This document shows, piece after piece, positions 17,999-28,107 of a DNA stretch of 64,000 nt. Location: sequence record MW825358.1. One strand, written 5' to 3'. Position 1 is the stretch's first letter, and each line of letters starts with the position of its first letter. Below the pieces are notes generated by a model that was not told the origin of the DNA, made no database searches, and was given only the letters and a program-made list of their open reading frames with translations. The translations under genes and the position numbers were made by a program.

Positions 17999-20644
17999 AT
18001 GTCGGCTACTTCAGATACGATCGCCCCGTCCAGTGGGTTTACAGCCGACGACATAATCAAGGCTATGAATGAGCGTCCGCCGCGATTGCAGCTGGACGTG
18101 TATAGTCACGGCGTAAGAGCCAGTCATTTCGGTGCAGAAATCCGTGCCTTCTTTATCGACCTGTGTCGAACAGAGTGGGCTGACTTTAGTATGGTGCGAG
18201 TAGGACGCTTTAAGTTCGCTCGCAAGATCTCACGGGTGTTCGTCGGGACTAACCGCGATCGCAGCGTGTTCCATTTCCATCGTAACCAGCTAGACTTTGT
18301 CTTGGCGCGGTTGCGTAAGCAAAACATCTTCGAAGATCGGATCTTAATTGTCCGACACGAGCTATATACCCCGGCCAAGGTGACCCACAAGGTCAATGAC
18401 ACCCGGCCCCCGCGGGAAGAACAACTCCCGATGATCGAGTACATCCACGCGCCCTGTGATCCGCGCTATGCCCCTTCCAAGGTGGTGACCTTGCAGACCG
18501 GTAAAGGCAAAGCGCAACCGCTGGATGCACGTATTCGAGTACCAGGTAGCTGGTCTACGATGGGGGAGATGAAAGTAGGTAGTAAGGTCATCGCTAAGGA
18601 CGGTTCTATTGTTCAAGTGACCGGTGTCTACCCTCAGGGCCTGAAGGAAATCTTTCGTGTTACTTTTGCAGATGGCCGCAGTACTGAATGCTGCGCTGAG
18701 CATCTGTGGAAAGTCTTCTATATCAACACAGTGCCACATCGGCGGTGGAGGATTGTTGACACAAAAGAAATGATTCGTTTACTGGCCATGCCTAATCCGC
18801 GAGTTTACATTGACTTGCCGGACGCAGAGACCCAGCCGGATGTCGAACTTCCAATGAACCCTTACATCCTCGGCGCGATTTTGGGAGATGGGCACATCGG
18901 GTTAAAGATGCTAAGTTTCTCTAGTAAGGATGAATTCCTTATTGAGCAGTTAAGAGAGGCTTTGCCGGAAGGGTTGTCGTTGAAACATTTGGGGCGTTAC
19001 GATTATCGGATCATTGGTGAGCGTGGCAAAACAAATGCTTGGATCAGGATAATGCGGGACCTGGAGTTGGACGGATGCCTGAGCTTTAACAAGGCAATCC
19101 CCGAAGACTACATGAACGGATCTCACAATCAGAGACTGGCCCTTGTCCAAGGTCTTTTGGATACAGATGGTACGGTCGGGCGCGACACAGGAACGGTGCA
19201 ATTCTGCACCACCAGCCCCTTCCTAGCCATGCAGTTTCAGTACCTAATCCGGTCGCTGGGTGGCATCGCTTCATTGGGCACCCGTAACCCCAGCTATTTC
19301 CACAACGGCGAACGACGTCTCGGTCGTCAGGCATTCGTCATCACTGTGCGTCACAAGGAACCTAGTAGTTTGTTTAGGCTGCCTAGGAAGGTCGAGCTTT
19401 GTAAGGATGACGGTCAGTATGTCTCCGGACTTAAGCTTCGTGTGATGTCGGTGGAATCTATCGGTGAGAAGGAGGCTCAATGCATTTCAGTTGATCATCC
19501 CGATCATCTGTACGTCACCGATGACTTTATCGTCACGCACAATACTTTCCTGAGTCTGTACAGCATGCGTCAGTTTGAAACGCGTATTGCCATCATCTTA
19601 AAGGGTATGTACATCGATAAGTGGATCCCCGACGTTGAAGGGGCCTATGGGGCTGAGAAAGGCTCCTTGATGGTCATCCGCGGAATCCCGCAGCTACGTG
19701 CGGCCATTGAGATGGTCAAGCACGGTAAGTTCAGTCCTCGGGTGGTGATCATCTCCAACAAGACCATGTTCATGTACTTGCAGTACTACGAGAAGTTCGG
19801 CGTAGATGAGTACCTGTCTGTGGCCCCGATGGATCTGTACAAGTACTTTGGAATTGGTATCCGTCTGATCGATGAGGTCCACCAGGAGTTCCACTGCAAT
19901 TTCCGCCAGGACCTGTACACCCACATTCCCTTGACCTTGTCCTTGTCAGCGACCTTAGATCCGGACTCGCCGTTTAAGGATCAGATGTACAAGATCTGCT
20001 GGCCGGTGGGGACCTGGGCTCCTGAGTTGGCCCATGACTGCTACATTGCCGTCAAGGCCCTGTGGTATCGCTTCCGCAATCTAGACGGGATCAAGTGGAT
20101 CAACCCCATGCGCCAATACAGCCATGGTGAGTTTGAAAAGTCGATCCTGAAAAAGCCCCAGGTGCTGGCCAACTACGTAGAGATGATCACCGACATTGTC
20201 CAAACTGGCTTTATGTCAGTGCGCGAGCCTGGACAGAAGATGATCATCTTTGTGGCCTCCATCCAGTTGGCAACAATTCTTACCACACAGCTCAAAAGCC
20301 TCTACCCCAAGCTTTTGATCAACCGCTACGTGGAAGATGATGAGTACGAAGATCTGGTGGCAGCCGATATCTCGGTCTCCACTTTGTTGTCAGCCGGTAC
20401 CGCCGTGGACATCCCCAATCTGCGCGTTACTCTTATGACGACGGCTTTGAGCGACAAACAAGCCAACCTGCAAGTGTTGGGTCGTACCCGTAAGCTCGTT
20501 GATTGGCCAGATGTCACCCCGGACTTTTTGTTCCTGGTGGCTAAGGACATCGACAAGCAAGTCGGCTACGCCCAAGACAAGCGGGTGAAGTTCGAAGGCA
20601 AAGTCAAGTCGTTCCAAGATCTTCGGACCAATTACGTGGTATAG
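17999..20644 (+). CDS. SF2 (DEAD/DEVH) helicase, phiKZ gp75-like, with intein
   Basis: Walker A QTGKGK|T after splicing, LIDEVH, SATL and QVLGRTR motifs. Confidence 0.9.
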   Translation: MSATSDTIAPSSGFTADDIIKAMNERPPRLQLDVYSHGVRASHFGAEIRAFFIDLCRTEWADFSMVRVGRFKFARKISRVFVGTNRDRSVFHFHRNQLDFVLARLRKQNIFEDRILIVRHELYTPAKVTHKVNDTRPPREEQLPMIEYIHAPCDPRYAPSKVVTLQTGKGKAQPLDARIRVPGSWSTMGEMKVGSKVIAKDGSIVQVTGVYPQGLKEIFRVTFADGRSTECCAEHLWKVFYINTVPHRRWRIVDTKEMIRLLAMPNPRVYIDLPDAETQPDVELPMNPYILGAILGDGHIGLKMLSFSSKDEFLIEQLREALPEGLSLKHLGRYDYRIIGERGKTNAWIRIMRDLELDGCLSFNKAIPEDYMNGSHNQRLALVQGLLDTDGTVGRDTGTVQFCTTSPFLAMQFQYLIRSLGGIASLGTRNPSYFHNGERRLGRQAFVITVRHKEPSSLFRLPRKVELCKDDGQYVSGLKLRVMSVESIGEKEAQCISVDHPDHLYVTDDFIVTHNTFLSLYSMRQFETRIAIILKGMYIDKWIPDVEGAYGAEKGSLMVIRGIPQLRAAIEMVKHGKFSPRVVIISNKTMFMYLQYYEKFGVDEYLSVAPMDLYKYFGIGIRLIDEVHQEFHCNFRQDLYTHIPLTLSLSATLDPDSPFKDQMYKICWPVGTWAPELAHDCYIAVKALWYRFRNLDGIKWINPMRQYSHGEFEKSILKKPQVLANYVEMITDIVQTGFMSVREPGQKMIIFVASIQLATILTTQLKSLYPKLLINRYVEDDEYEDLVAADISVSTLLSAGTAVDIPNLRVTLMTTALSDKQANLQVLGRTRKLVDWPDVTPDFLFLVAKDIDKQVGYAQDKRVKFEGKVKSFQDLRTNYVV
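18512..19543 (+). mobile_element. Class 3 intein (344 aa) with LAGLIDADG homing endonuclease
   Basis: Starts AQPLDA and ends VTHN with +1 Thr. WCT triad: HLW, QCISV, THN. Endonuclease blocks ILGAILGDG and VQGLLDTDG. Confidence 0.92.
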
Positions 20645-20655
20645 GGGTTGTCATC

Positions 20656-21297
20656 ATGACAGAGCAGCAGGTTTTCGAGATGGACGGTGAGGTCAGTGAA
20701 GAGCAGTGGGCGCTTGTCCTTGCGGACGCCCCTGCGATGGATCGCCTCCCCGCAATGGTGGTAGACCACTTTGGCCCTGCCATCGATGCAGAGTCAGAGA
20801 GCGTGGCTGAGGCCAAGATGGCCAAGATCGGGATGGAAAACTCCGTCCGACTCGGGGTGTGCTTTCTCCACCAAGCTTTCGGGGCCCGGCTCAACACCTT
20901 GTTTGAACAATACGATCTACACATCGGCACCGCTGTGGAGATGTTTCTCGAAGACCTGCTGCTTGAGTTTCACGACTCGTTAGAAGAAGGCAGTGAGATC
21001 GATCCGGTTGAAAATTACTCATCGGCCGAAATATGTGGGAGGTTTCTCGGCTATCTGGTCTTGAATCTTTACCACGAAGAATTTGAAGATGTCTTTACGG
21101 ACGCTGAGTGTGATGTGCGCACCGGATACTATCCCAAGTTCAAAGCCCATGAGATCCTGCTTAAACTGCCTGAAGTGTTGCATCATGCGCAGATTGAACC
21201 GGAGCTTCTTAAGGCGGTTCGCTATAACGCACAGATGACGGTCCACTTGATGATGTTTTCCATCATGGAACCTGACAAGTCAACGATTTGGCACTAA
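20656..21297 (+). CDS. Hypothetical acidic protein
   Basis: 213-aa ORF with AGGGG RBS. Confidence 0.7.
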   Translation: MTEQQVFEMDGEVSEEQWALVLADAPAMDRLPAMVVDHFGPAIDAESESVAEAKMAKIGMENSVRLGVCFLHQAFGARLNTLFEQYDLHIGTAVEMFLEDLLLEFHDSLEEGSEIDPVENYSSAEICGRFLGYLVLNLYHEEFEDVFTDAECDVRTGYYPKFKAHEILLKLPEVLHHAQIEPELLKAVRYNAQMTVHLMMFSIMEPDKSTIWH

Positions 21298-21312
21298 CTA
21301 AAAGAGACGCCC

Positions 21313-21855
21313 ATGGACCTAAATCCCAACATGCTGTTGGATGCGACTGCCCTGCGTGATGCCCTGATGTTGTCAGAGCGGGACTGGCGCAACTTATTGC
21401 GTGAGTTTGAAGGCCTGGGTGATGCGGCCCAAGAGATGGCAGAAACTCCCTTGTTGAAAAAGGCGTACGAAGAGCGCTTCAACGCAGGAACCATGGGTCT
21501 TCACACCGATGTGCGCTCTGCGGTGGCCCTGTTGATCCATTCGGCCCTGACACCTAGCGAGGTCAGGGTTTTTGAAGAGCTGGATCTAGGACATCAGATG
21601 ACCCAAGGTCTGGTGCTGACTTCGCGGATCATGCGTGAGCGCGCCCCGTCTATCCCAGGAGAGATCTTTGTCAAGACATTGCGCATGCAGTGCTTTGGAG
21701 AGATCTTGCGCGCTGTAGGTCAGGATTTGATTGACCCCAAACCGGTGTTTGAAAAGATCCTGGATCGACTCCACGTTTTACCTGAGCAGCGCATGTCATT
21801 GCTCAGTGCTGCGGTGGCCAATTCAAAGCCCCGCACTGGCCATACCCTGCATTAA
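21313..21855 (+). CDS. Hypothetical protein
   Basis: 180-aa ORF. Confidence 0.7.
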   Translation: MDLNPNMLLDATALRDALMLSERDWRNLLREFEGLGDAAQEMAETPLLKKAYEERFNAGTMGLHTDVRSAVALLIHSALTPSEVRVFEELDLGHQMTQGLVLTSRIMRERAPSIPGEIFVKTLRMQCFGEILRAVGQDLIDPKPVFEKILDRLHVLPEQRMSLLSAAVANSKPRTGHTLH

Positions 21856-21862
21856 CCCTTTC

Positions 21863-21897
21863 CCTGTCCTGTACCGCTGGTCCCGGTACAGGACAGG
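21863..21897 (+). terminator. Hairpin, probable terminator
   Basis: 14-bp stem CCTGTCCTGTACCG/CGGTACAGGACAGG. Confidence 0.65.
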
Positions 21898-21925
21898 TAT
21901 TTGCCCGCAAGTAGGAGAGAGTGGA

Positions 21926-22498
21926 ATGAATGAGTGTAGTAACGTTGTTGAGTTAGATCCCAACCGAGGTGCCAGCTCACGCAAGATCTTGGAGGGAATC
22001 AATCGCCTACCCCCGATGAGCGGCCCTATCAACGGCCGCAAGATGATTCACTTCCAACTCATCGGTGAGCCGTATCGAGGCTCATTTTTGACATTGGAAG
22101 AATGGGTCGACGGTACAGCCGATGTACCTGGTGAGGGCATCAGTCAGTTCGGTAAGTATTTCAACCATGGCACCATTACTCCCGACGGAGAGGTGTTGGT
22201 GGCCCATCAGATCTTCCATTGGCGCATGTCGGCCCATAGCTACTACGGAGGAGATTTCATCACCTCGCTGGGGAGCGAAGGGATGCGTAATGTGAACAAT
22301 GCAATGAGTCGAGAGCTTTGGGGGAGCTGCGTGGCTTCGATCGCCGATGATCGCATCCGCGCAAGTGCGTGTCGTAAATTGGCCGTTGAGGGGGTGGCCG
22401 AGGGCAGGTCCTACCGGGACTTTGTTCTGGCAATGCACGAGATCCATAGGAAAGAATATACGCCCGATTACCATAATCCGCGTATTTTGTTCCTGTAA
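21926..22498 (+). CDS. Hypothetical protein
   Basis: Start reassigned to ATG 21926 after an AGGAG RBS; 190 aa. Confidence 0.7.
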   Translation: MNECSNVVELDPNRGASSRKILEGINRLPPMSGPINGRKMIHFQLIGEPYRGSFLTLEEWVDGTADVPGEGISQFGKYFNHGTITPDGEVLVAHQIFHWRMSAHSYYGGDFITSLGSEGMRNVNNAMSRELWGSCVASIADDRIRASACRKLAVEGVAEGRSYRDFVLAMHEIHRKEYTPDYHNPRILFL

Positions 22499-22525
22499 CC
22501 CTTAAGCAATAGGAAGACACAAGGC

Positions 22526-22915
22526 ATGACAAACAACAACTATACCTTGGGCAAGAAAGATCTATTGGTCCACGCCGCTGCCGCTGCGATGCGAGGCAGC
22601 GTTCGTCCTGAACTGATTACCCCAGGCGTCATCCTGGGGATCAGGCGTATTACTCAAATGAAAGCCGAAGCACGCTGGTACGGCCTGCATGGCAATGGTG
22701 AGGATGTAGCTGAGGACTTCCGTCTGGCCTCCTCCCATGGTCCCCACACAAATGAACGCACCCATTTCTACGTCGTTGACCGCGCGTGGAATCGGTTCAG
22801 TCATTGGTGGCACCGCGTACAACTGCACGACTTTATGTACCTGCGCCCCTTGCGCAGTTCCGATGCGCTCTCGCGCGAGCTGAAACTGTTTAGAACACGA
22901 GAGTTGTTCATTTGA
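22526..22915 (+). CDS. Hypothetical protein
   Basis: 129-aa ORF with an AGGAAG/AAGG RBS. Confidence 0.65.
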   Translation: MTNNNYTLGKKDLLVHAAAAAMRGSVRPELITPGVILGIRRITQMKAEARWYGLHGNGEDVAEDFRLASSHGPHTNERTHFYVVDRAWNRFSHWWHRVQLHDFMYLRPLRSSDALSRELKLFRTRELFI

Positions 22916-22925
22916 CGGCATATCC

Positions 22926-22980
22926 ACCCACCGCAGCCAGACAGGCGTGCGGTGGGTGTATGCTGACGATTTGTTTTTTA
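22926..22980. terminator. Hairpin between convergent genes
   Basis: ACCCACCGCA...TGCGGTGGGT stem with a downstream T run. Confidence 0.65.
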
Positions 22981-24750
22981 GGCTACTTCGGCAAAAGGAC
23001 GTTCCACCGTCCCGCTGCGTTGGGCTTGGAAGTCGGCCAACAACTCATCCAGTCCGGGGGACTGGTAGATCTGCTGACAAATCTCCACGGCATTGACATG
23101 ACCCCCTGAAAGATTGACACCGGCTGCCCGGCGATAGATCTCAGGGATGTTCTTGATATAGCACAGTTCCTGGGCGGTGGTTTCCTTGGAGATATTCATG
23201 ATGATCTCCACATTCGGATAGGTACCTTCCACGTCCAAGTCGGCCACATGTGCACGGACGTAGCTCTTAACCTCCGGTAGCTCCTCTAGCAGACACAGAC
23301 CATCGTCCTCGACCAAGTGCGAAGGCAGCGTCACAATCCAGTCTGTGATGGCAATGACGTGCTGGTCATTATCATCGATCATCTTGTTAGAGGTGGCCGC
23401 ACAGACCCGGCCGTTATCCAGCGCCAGGAAATGCAGGTCATCGCAAGTACGCCGAGGCTGCGATGGAAACCGCTTGTACTCAGAGTGCGCACACATCAGC
23501 GAGATCATCGTGACCAAATCCGTGGTCTGCTCATCTAGCATTTCCACCGAGACGCAGTCAAAGATGTTGTAAATGCAGTACTCGAGCGGATAGTTCTCCT
23601 GCATGAACTTGTGCCAAGGTCCGCTCTTGAGGTGGTCGGCCTCCTTGAACTTCAGCTTGCGAATGCCCAGCTCTTTTTGCAAGATTGCATCCAGCGCATA
23701 GGAGTTGTCCTTGCCGCCTGCAATGCGCAGTTTCAAGTACACGCACATGGCATCTAAGGCATACCAACTTGCCGGGGTGATGACCTCATGCCAACGCTCA
23801 GCTGGTGCAAGGGCCATGGTCTTACCTGAAGCAGTCACCTTCTGAGCAGGGCCTTGTTTGTACTCAAACTGCTTAAAGGCCTTGGGGATAGACGGATCTG
23901 AAAAGACCGTGGCATGGTCATAGCCGTAGGTCGTCAAGTCCTGCATCATCTTTTGCATATCGAAGTCGATATTCCAAAAGGCGAGAATATCTGGTGCCCA
24001 GGCGTGGGCCGTTTGAATGATCTCATAGGCGCAGTCACCCGCGTTATCCACAAACTGGATTTCAAGATTCAGATTGCGCGCTCGGATGACATCGCCGATA
24101 CTAGAATCTTTATCCCCCATGTAGTACTCAAACTTCTCCCGCAACTTACCTTCAGCATTGTCGATGTGCTTGAGGAAGTCCTTGACCACCACCAGCTTGA
24201 TCCGATCTTTCATCGTGATCGAGGCCATGATGATCTCCCCAAAGCCCTTGACCTCGGGATCGGTGATGAGCATATTCGTTTCGGTATCCACCACCGCCAC
24301 CATATTGGGCGTGACCCGGTGGGGCCACTTTTTCAGGTAGTGGTGTTTGGCCAGCACACACGAATTGACATCGGTGCCGTAGACATACGGACTTTGGGCA
24401 ATCTGGCGCAGGTCAATGCGCCCGGCTGGAATGCGCCCCAGCTTACGCATGATCTCAGCCCCCAGTTCTTTCTCAGTCGCCATATGGCGATCTACCCGGT
24501 CCAAGTACTCCCACTCTTTCTTGTCCTTGTGGGCATACTGTCCTTGGCGGTAGAAATCCTTGGTGATGTAGTACGGACGCTTTTGGTTATAGATCTGCTT
24601 GACCTTGGCTTTACGGGGCGAGCCGTCAGCCGGATATTCATATTCCTTGATCAGCAGCAAGTCATGCTCGCTGCCGTCTTGGGCCGTAAAGTACAACGCG
24701 TGCTTGCACTCGTACTCGGACTTTGCGGGGGTGTTTGCGGTGTCAGACAT
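22978..24750 (-). CDS. Family B DNA polymerase subunit, exonuclease plus motif A (phiKZ gp82-like split polB)
   Basis: Exo I VDTET, Exo II FWNIDFD, Exo III YNIFDC, polymerase motif A DLDVEGTYP. Confidence 0.88.
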   Translation of the reverse strand: MSDTANTPAKSEYECKHALYFTAQDGSEHDLLLIKEYEYPADGSPRKAKVKQIYNQKRPYYITKDFYRQGQYAHKDKKEWEYLDRVDRHMATEKELGAEIMRKLGRIPAGRIDLRQIAQSPYVYGTDVNSCVLAKHHYLKKWPHRVTPNMVAVVDTETNMLITDPEVKGFGEIIMASITMKDRIKLVVVKDFLKHIDNAEGKLREKFEYYMGDKDSSIGDVIRARNLNLEIQFVDNAGDCAYEIIQTAHAWAPDILAFWNIDFDMQKMMQDLTTYGYDHATVFSDPSIPKAFKQFEYKQGPAQKVTASGKTMALAPAERWHEVITPASWYALDAMCVYLKLRIAGGKDNSYALDAILQKELGIRKLKFKEADHLKSGPWHKFMQENYPLEYCIYNIFDCVSVEMLDEQTTDLVTMISLMCAHSEYKRFPSQPRRTCDDLHFLALDNGRVCAATSNKMIDDNDQHVIAITDWIVTLPSHLVEDDGLCLLEELPEVKSYVRAHVADLDVEGTYPNVEIIMNISKETTAQELCYIKNIPEIYRRAAGVNLSGGHVNAVEICQQIYQSPGLDELLADFQAQRSGTVERPFAEVA

Positions 24751-24843
24751 GTCGATTGGCTTCTTGTTTTACCCTGCCGGTATAGTATTGATATGAAGCA
24801 TAAGTTTTCACTGTTAACCCATCCACCTTTGAGGCTATGGCTC

Positions 24844-26196
24844 ATGAAAAACCCCAAGCTGCCCCAAATTTCGATGGAGGCACTCAATTATCAGGGCCGT
24901 TCTACTCTGCTGTTTGACCTGACCTCCGTGATCTTACTCCTGCGACAAGAGCAGGTCATGACCCAAGCGGTCCTTGATCGTAGTGGTCTGGCTGAGATCG
25001 TTCAGCGCCGTACCAAGATGCAGGTGAGGTTTTACTTAGAAGAAGGCGTGGTCTCGGCAAATCGCCATCAAACCCCACCGGTCTATAGCGGGTGCTATGG
25101 GGAACCGCCGGTGGTAGATGCCAACAACCCCTTCTACAAACTCCTGATCAAATCCGGCCAGGCGGCCGAAGGACAGGGCTCGCTTCACCGCCATCAGGCA
25201 GCACTGCGACTGGCCAGCAACACGTTGGGCAGCGTCAATCTCAAGTCTGGTGAAGTCCAAGGGATCTTTAGCTCCCTGATCTCTCGGGTGTGGCTGGATG
25301 ATTCAATCGTCCATCCCTACTCGACCCTCACCCCCGAAGAAGCAGCCGTGACGATCTTGCACGAGCTGGGACATCTGTTTAGCTTCTTTGAGACGATGGC
25401 CTATTCGGTGGCTTCGAATATGATCATCTCCACCGCCGTGGAAGCATTGCGGGAAGTGGAGGACCAGGAAGTCAAGGTTCGCCTGATCGCTCAGTCTTAT
25501 AGCCCCTTTGGGATCAAGCCTGCCGATGCCAACGCCATTGCCTCCTCTGAACCGGATGTGGCCCGCTCGCTGCTGTTGAAGTCCTTTGAGGAGATTGAAC
25601 AGTCGCGCGTCAAGAGTTCCATGCCCGATGCTGACGGTGTCTATAACTGCCGCTCCATTGAGTTTATGGCAGATCAGTACGCCATTCGCCATGGTGGCGC
25701 AGTCGCACTGGCCTCAGCAGCACATAAGTTGGCCAAACTCCATACACCTGACTATGGAAAGTCGTCTTTGGCTTTCTACGCCACCCAGGCGCTCCGTTAC
25801 GGCCTGGTAGCAAGCGGTTGCTTTGTCCCGGGACTGATCCCCTTGACCTTGATCGTCACTGCGCTGTGCTCGTTCCTGTGCGCCTCAGAGGCCATCGATG
25901 CAGATGCCACCTCCGATCCCTCTGAACGCCTGGGCTTGATCAAGAAAGATCTGGTGCAGGTGCTGAAAAATACTCGACTCGATGCCAAGCTGCGCAAGCA
26001 GATTTTGCAAGATGTTGAGGTGATTGATCAGATGCGTGCTGAGGTCAAAGAACACTCAGGCTTGTTCCGCTTTGTGTGGCGCAATGTCATTCCCGCCGGC
26101 CGGCGCCAATCCAAGATCCGTGAGTTCCAGCAAGGGCTGGAAGAGCTGATCAACAACGACCTTTTTATCAAAGCCCACCAACTGAAGGTTGGCTAA
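24844..26196 (+). CDS. Probable virion head protein with zinc-metalloprotease motif
   Basis: Start reassigned to ATG 24844 (450 aa). Propeptide ISME|A; HELGH...EFMADQYA (M48-like); hydrophobic hairpin near the C-terminus. Confidence 0.7.
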   Translation: MKNPKLPQISMEALNYQGRSTLLFDLTSVILLLRQEQVMTQAVLDRSGLAEIVQRRTKMQVRFYLEEGVVSANRHQTPPVYSGCYGEPPVVDANNPFYKLLIKSGQAAEGQGSLHRHQAALRLASNTLGSVNLKSGEVQGIFSSLISRVWLDDSIVHPYSTLTPEEAAVTILHELGHLFSFFETMAYSVASNMIISTAVEALREVEDQEVKVRLIAQSYSPFGIKPADANAIASSEPDVARSLLLKSFEEIEQSRVKSSMPDADGVYNCRSIEFMADQYAIRHGGAVALASAAHKLAKLHTPDYGKSSLAFYATQALRYGLVASGCFVPGLIPLTLIVTALCSFLCASEAIDADATSDPSERLGLIKKDLVQVLKNTRLDAKLRKQILQDVEVIDQMRAEVKEHSGLFRFVWRNVIPAGRRQSKIREFQQGLEELINNDLFIKAHQLKVG

Positions 26197-26218
26197 TCCC
26201 TCAAAGGAACTTAGTACC

Positions 26219-26632
26219 ATGAAAATCAATGCACGCATGCTGACCACCCACCTGCTCGAGGCAGGCATTGGTGGTGAGGCCCAGGCTGGTTATCTGCAAT
26301 CGGCCGTGGCCCGCGTGATCGGCTACCTGCTGCCGATTCCGAGCGAGCCGGTGGAAGTCCTGGAGCACATTAAGGGCTCCTTGGAAGATGTGGCGGCCAA
26401 GGCGCTGGATGCGGTCTTGGAAGTGGCCCCGCTGGACCACGATGCCACAATGGAACTGATCTTCCAGGTGTGGAAGGTGCGGTATAACCTGGTGCACCCC
26501 AGCATCAGTGCTCCGACCTGGAAGCTGCTGGACATCGCCGCCAGCCAGGGCCTGATCAGCGCCCCGGTCAGCTTTGCCGATCCGCTGGTGCAGCGCCTGG
26601 GCGCGCTGCTGTCCAAGGAAATGGAAGGCTAA
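26219..26632 (+). CDS. Hypothetical protein
   Basis: AAAGGA RBS before ATG 26219; TAATG-coupled to the next gene. Confidence 0.7.
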   Translation: MKINARMLTTHLLEAGIGGEAQAGYLQSAVARVIGYLLPIPSEPVEVLEHIKGSLEDVAAKALDAVLEVAPLDHDATMELIFQVWKVRYNLVHPSISAPTWKLLDIAASQGLISAPVSFADPLVQRLGALLSKEMEG

Positions 26633-27711
26633 TGCGCGCCTTGGGACTGGCGCTTGAAGCGCTACGTTCCGACTCTGCCGAATTGCGCCAGCTGGAATAT
26701 CAGCTCCAGCTGGCGCAGGAGCTACAACGCCAATTGGAAACCCAGCGCGGTGTAGGTCGCCATGATATCCAAGTGGCCATGGAGTCCTTTGGGCTAGAGC
26801 TTGGTCCGTATTACCCCATCAACTCCTTTACCTTGCAACCGTCACTGACCAACTATACGGTGACCCAAGAAGGACTGAAGGAGTTCATCAGCCAAACCAT
26901 CAGTAAGATCATCAAGGCTATCTTTGCCGCGATCTCAGACTTACTTCGAATTGTGATCGAAGGTGATGAGACCTACAACGTGGCTGAGACTGAAAAGCAG
27001 CTTGAAACGCTGCGCAAGATCTCAACCTTGCGTTATAACTGGGACGAGCTGATCGCCCAAGGCAAGCAAGGTCCTACCGATGAGCTGCGCAGTAAGTCTG
27101 CCACCCTTGAGCGCTTGCTGTTAAAGTTCGAAGACATCAGCAAGCTGGAAAAAGATGCGCTGTCTGAAGGTTCGATCATTGCCAAGGTCCGCGCCTTTGA
27201 TGAGAAGATTGCCCCTTGGATCCAAGAGATCACCGCTCAGTTCAACGCCCTTAACAAGGCGCTTAAGTCCCATCAGCTGGAGGGACTGGAGGTCTTGGAC
27301 CGAGACGCCATGTTCGTACGGATGTTCCAAGCCGTGATGGATGTCTTAGAGCAAGGCGAGAACATTGAAGGGGCAAAGATTGGGCTGGAGACTTTGGTGT
27401 CGATTGTGGCCCGAGGCAATGCCAAGATCAATCAGCCTTTGTATGAGTCTGCACCCAAGATGGTCGGCAATGTCCGACAACTGGCAGCCCTGACCAAAGA
27501 TGTCGAGCATGCCATCAAGCGTGCTGAGGAATCTGAAGCGGGCATCATTCGGGAACAGTTAGGACAAATTGCCACTGACTTAAACCGCATTCGCCGGTAC
27601 CTGCGTCAGGTCAAACAGCTTCATCAGATCCGAGTGAAATGGATTGGTCGGTTTGTTGAGATCTATCAACTGGCCGCCGAGATTCGCAAGCAGCTCCAAT
27701 GGACAGCATAA
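26632..27711 (+). CDS. Internal head protein with propeptide
   Basis: ALE, AME and TQE cleavage-type sites; SFTLQPSLTNYTVTQE motif typical of jumbo-phage head paralogs. Confidence 0.65.
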   Translation: MRALGLALEALRSDSAELRQLEYQLQLAQELQRQLETQRGVGRHDIQVAMESFGLELGPYYPINSFTLQPSLTNYTVTQEGLKEFISQTISKIIKAIFAAISDLLRIVIEGDETYNVAETEKQLETLRKISTLRYNWDELIAQGKQGPTDELRSKSATLERLLLKFEDISKLEKDALSEGSIIAKVRAFDEKIAPWIQEITAQFNALNKALKSHQLEGLEVLDRDAMFVRMFQAVMDVLEQGENIEGAKIGLETLVSIVARGNAKINQPLYESAPKMVGNVRQLAALTKDVEHAIKRAEESEAGIIREQLGQIATDLNRIRRYLRQVKQLHQIRVKWIGRFVEIYQLAAEIRKQLQWTA

Positions 27712-27712
27712 A

Positions 27713-27751
27713 AGCCAGCCTCTCCTAACCGGGAGGCTGGTCTTTTTTTTT
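27713..27751 (+). terminator. Intrinsic terminator
   Basis: CCAGCCTCTCC/GGGAGGCTGG stem plus T9. Confidence 0.85.
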
Positions 27752-27768
27752 GTCGATGCCCTGTACCG

Positions 27769-28107
27769 TTACAGGATCACCGCCGGGGTCGCCGGCAGAA
27801 CCTTCTTCACAGCCTTCTTGCGGATGGTCTTCTTCACGACCTTGGCCTTGAGCTTCTTGGCCTTGGCCTTAGCACGACGCGCTTCCAGCTTGACCTGGTG
27901 GTTACCCCAGACCAGCACGGCCTCTCGGGCAGCACAGATGTTGGAAGGCATGCCATCGGCGTCGATGGTGATCTTCGTACCGCGCAGGAAGTCCGGTGCC
28001 ACAGTGGCTTCGGTGACCTTGGTCGGATTGCGCTTGCCATAGGCGTCATTGACGCGCAGGCCGGTCTTGTTGCTGTAGTAGGCAGTGCGGGTGGTGTACT
28101 TAGCCAC
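27769..28107 (-). CDS. Small basic protein with a histone H1-like Lys/Ala tail
   Basis: GTG start with GAGGA RBS; RRAKAKAKKLKAKVVKKTIRKKAVKK. Confidence 0.75.
   Translation of the reverse strand: MAKYTTRTAYYSNKTGLRVNDAYGKRNPTKVTEATVAPDFLRGTKITIDADGMPSNICAAREAVLVWGNHQVKLEARRAKAKAKKLKAKVVKKTIRKKAVKKVLPATPAVIL

Noticed and set aside
23914-24843. 310-aa N-terminal extension of the 760-aa ORF
   Set aside because: It is antisense to the DNA polymerase gene; the protein-like sequence with an SME site begins at ATG 24844.
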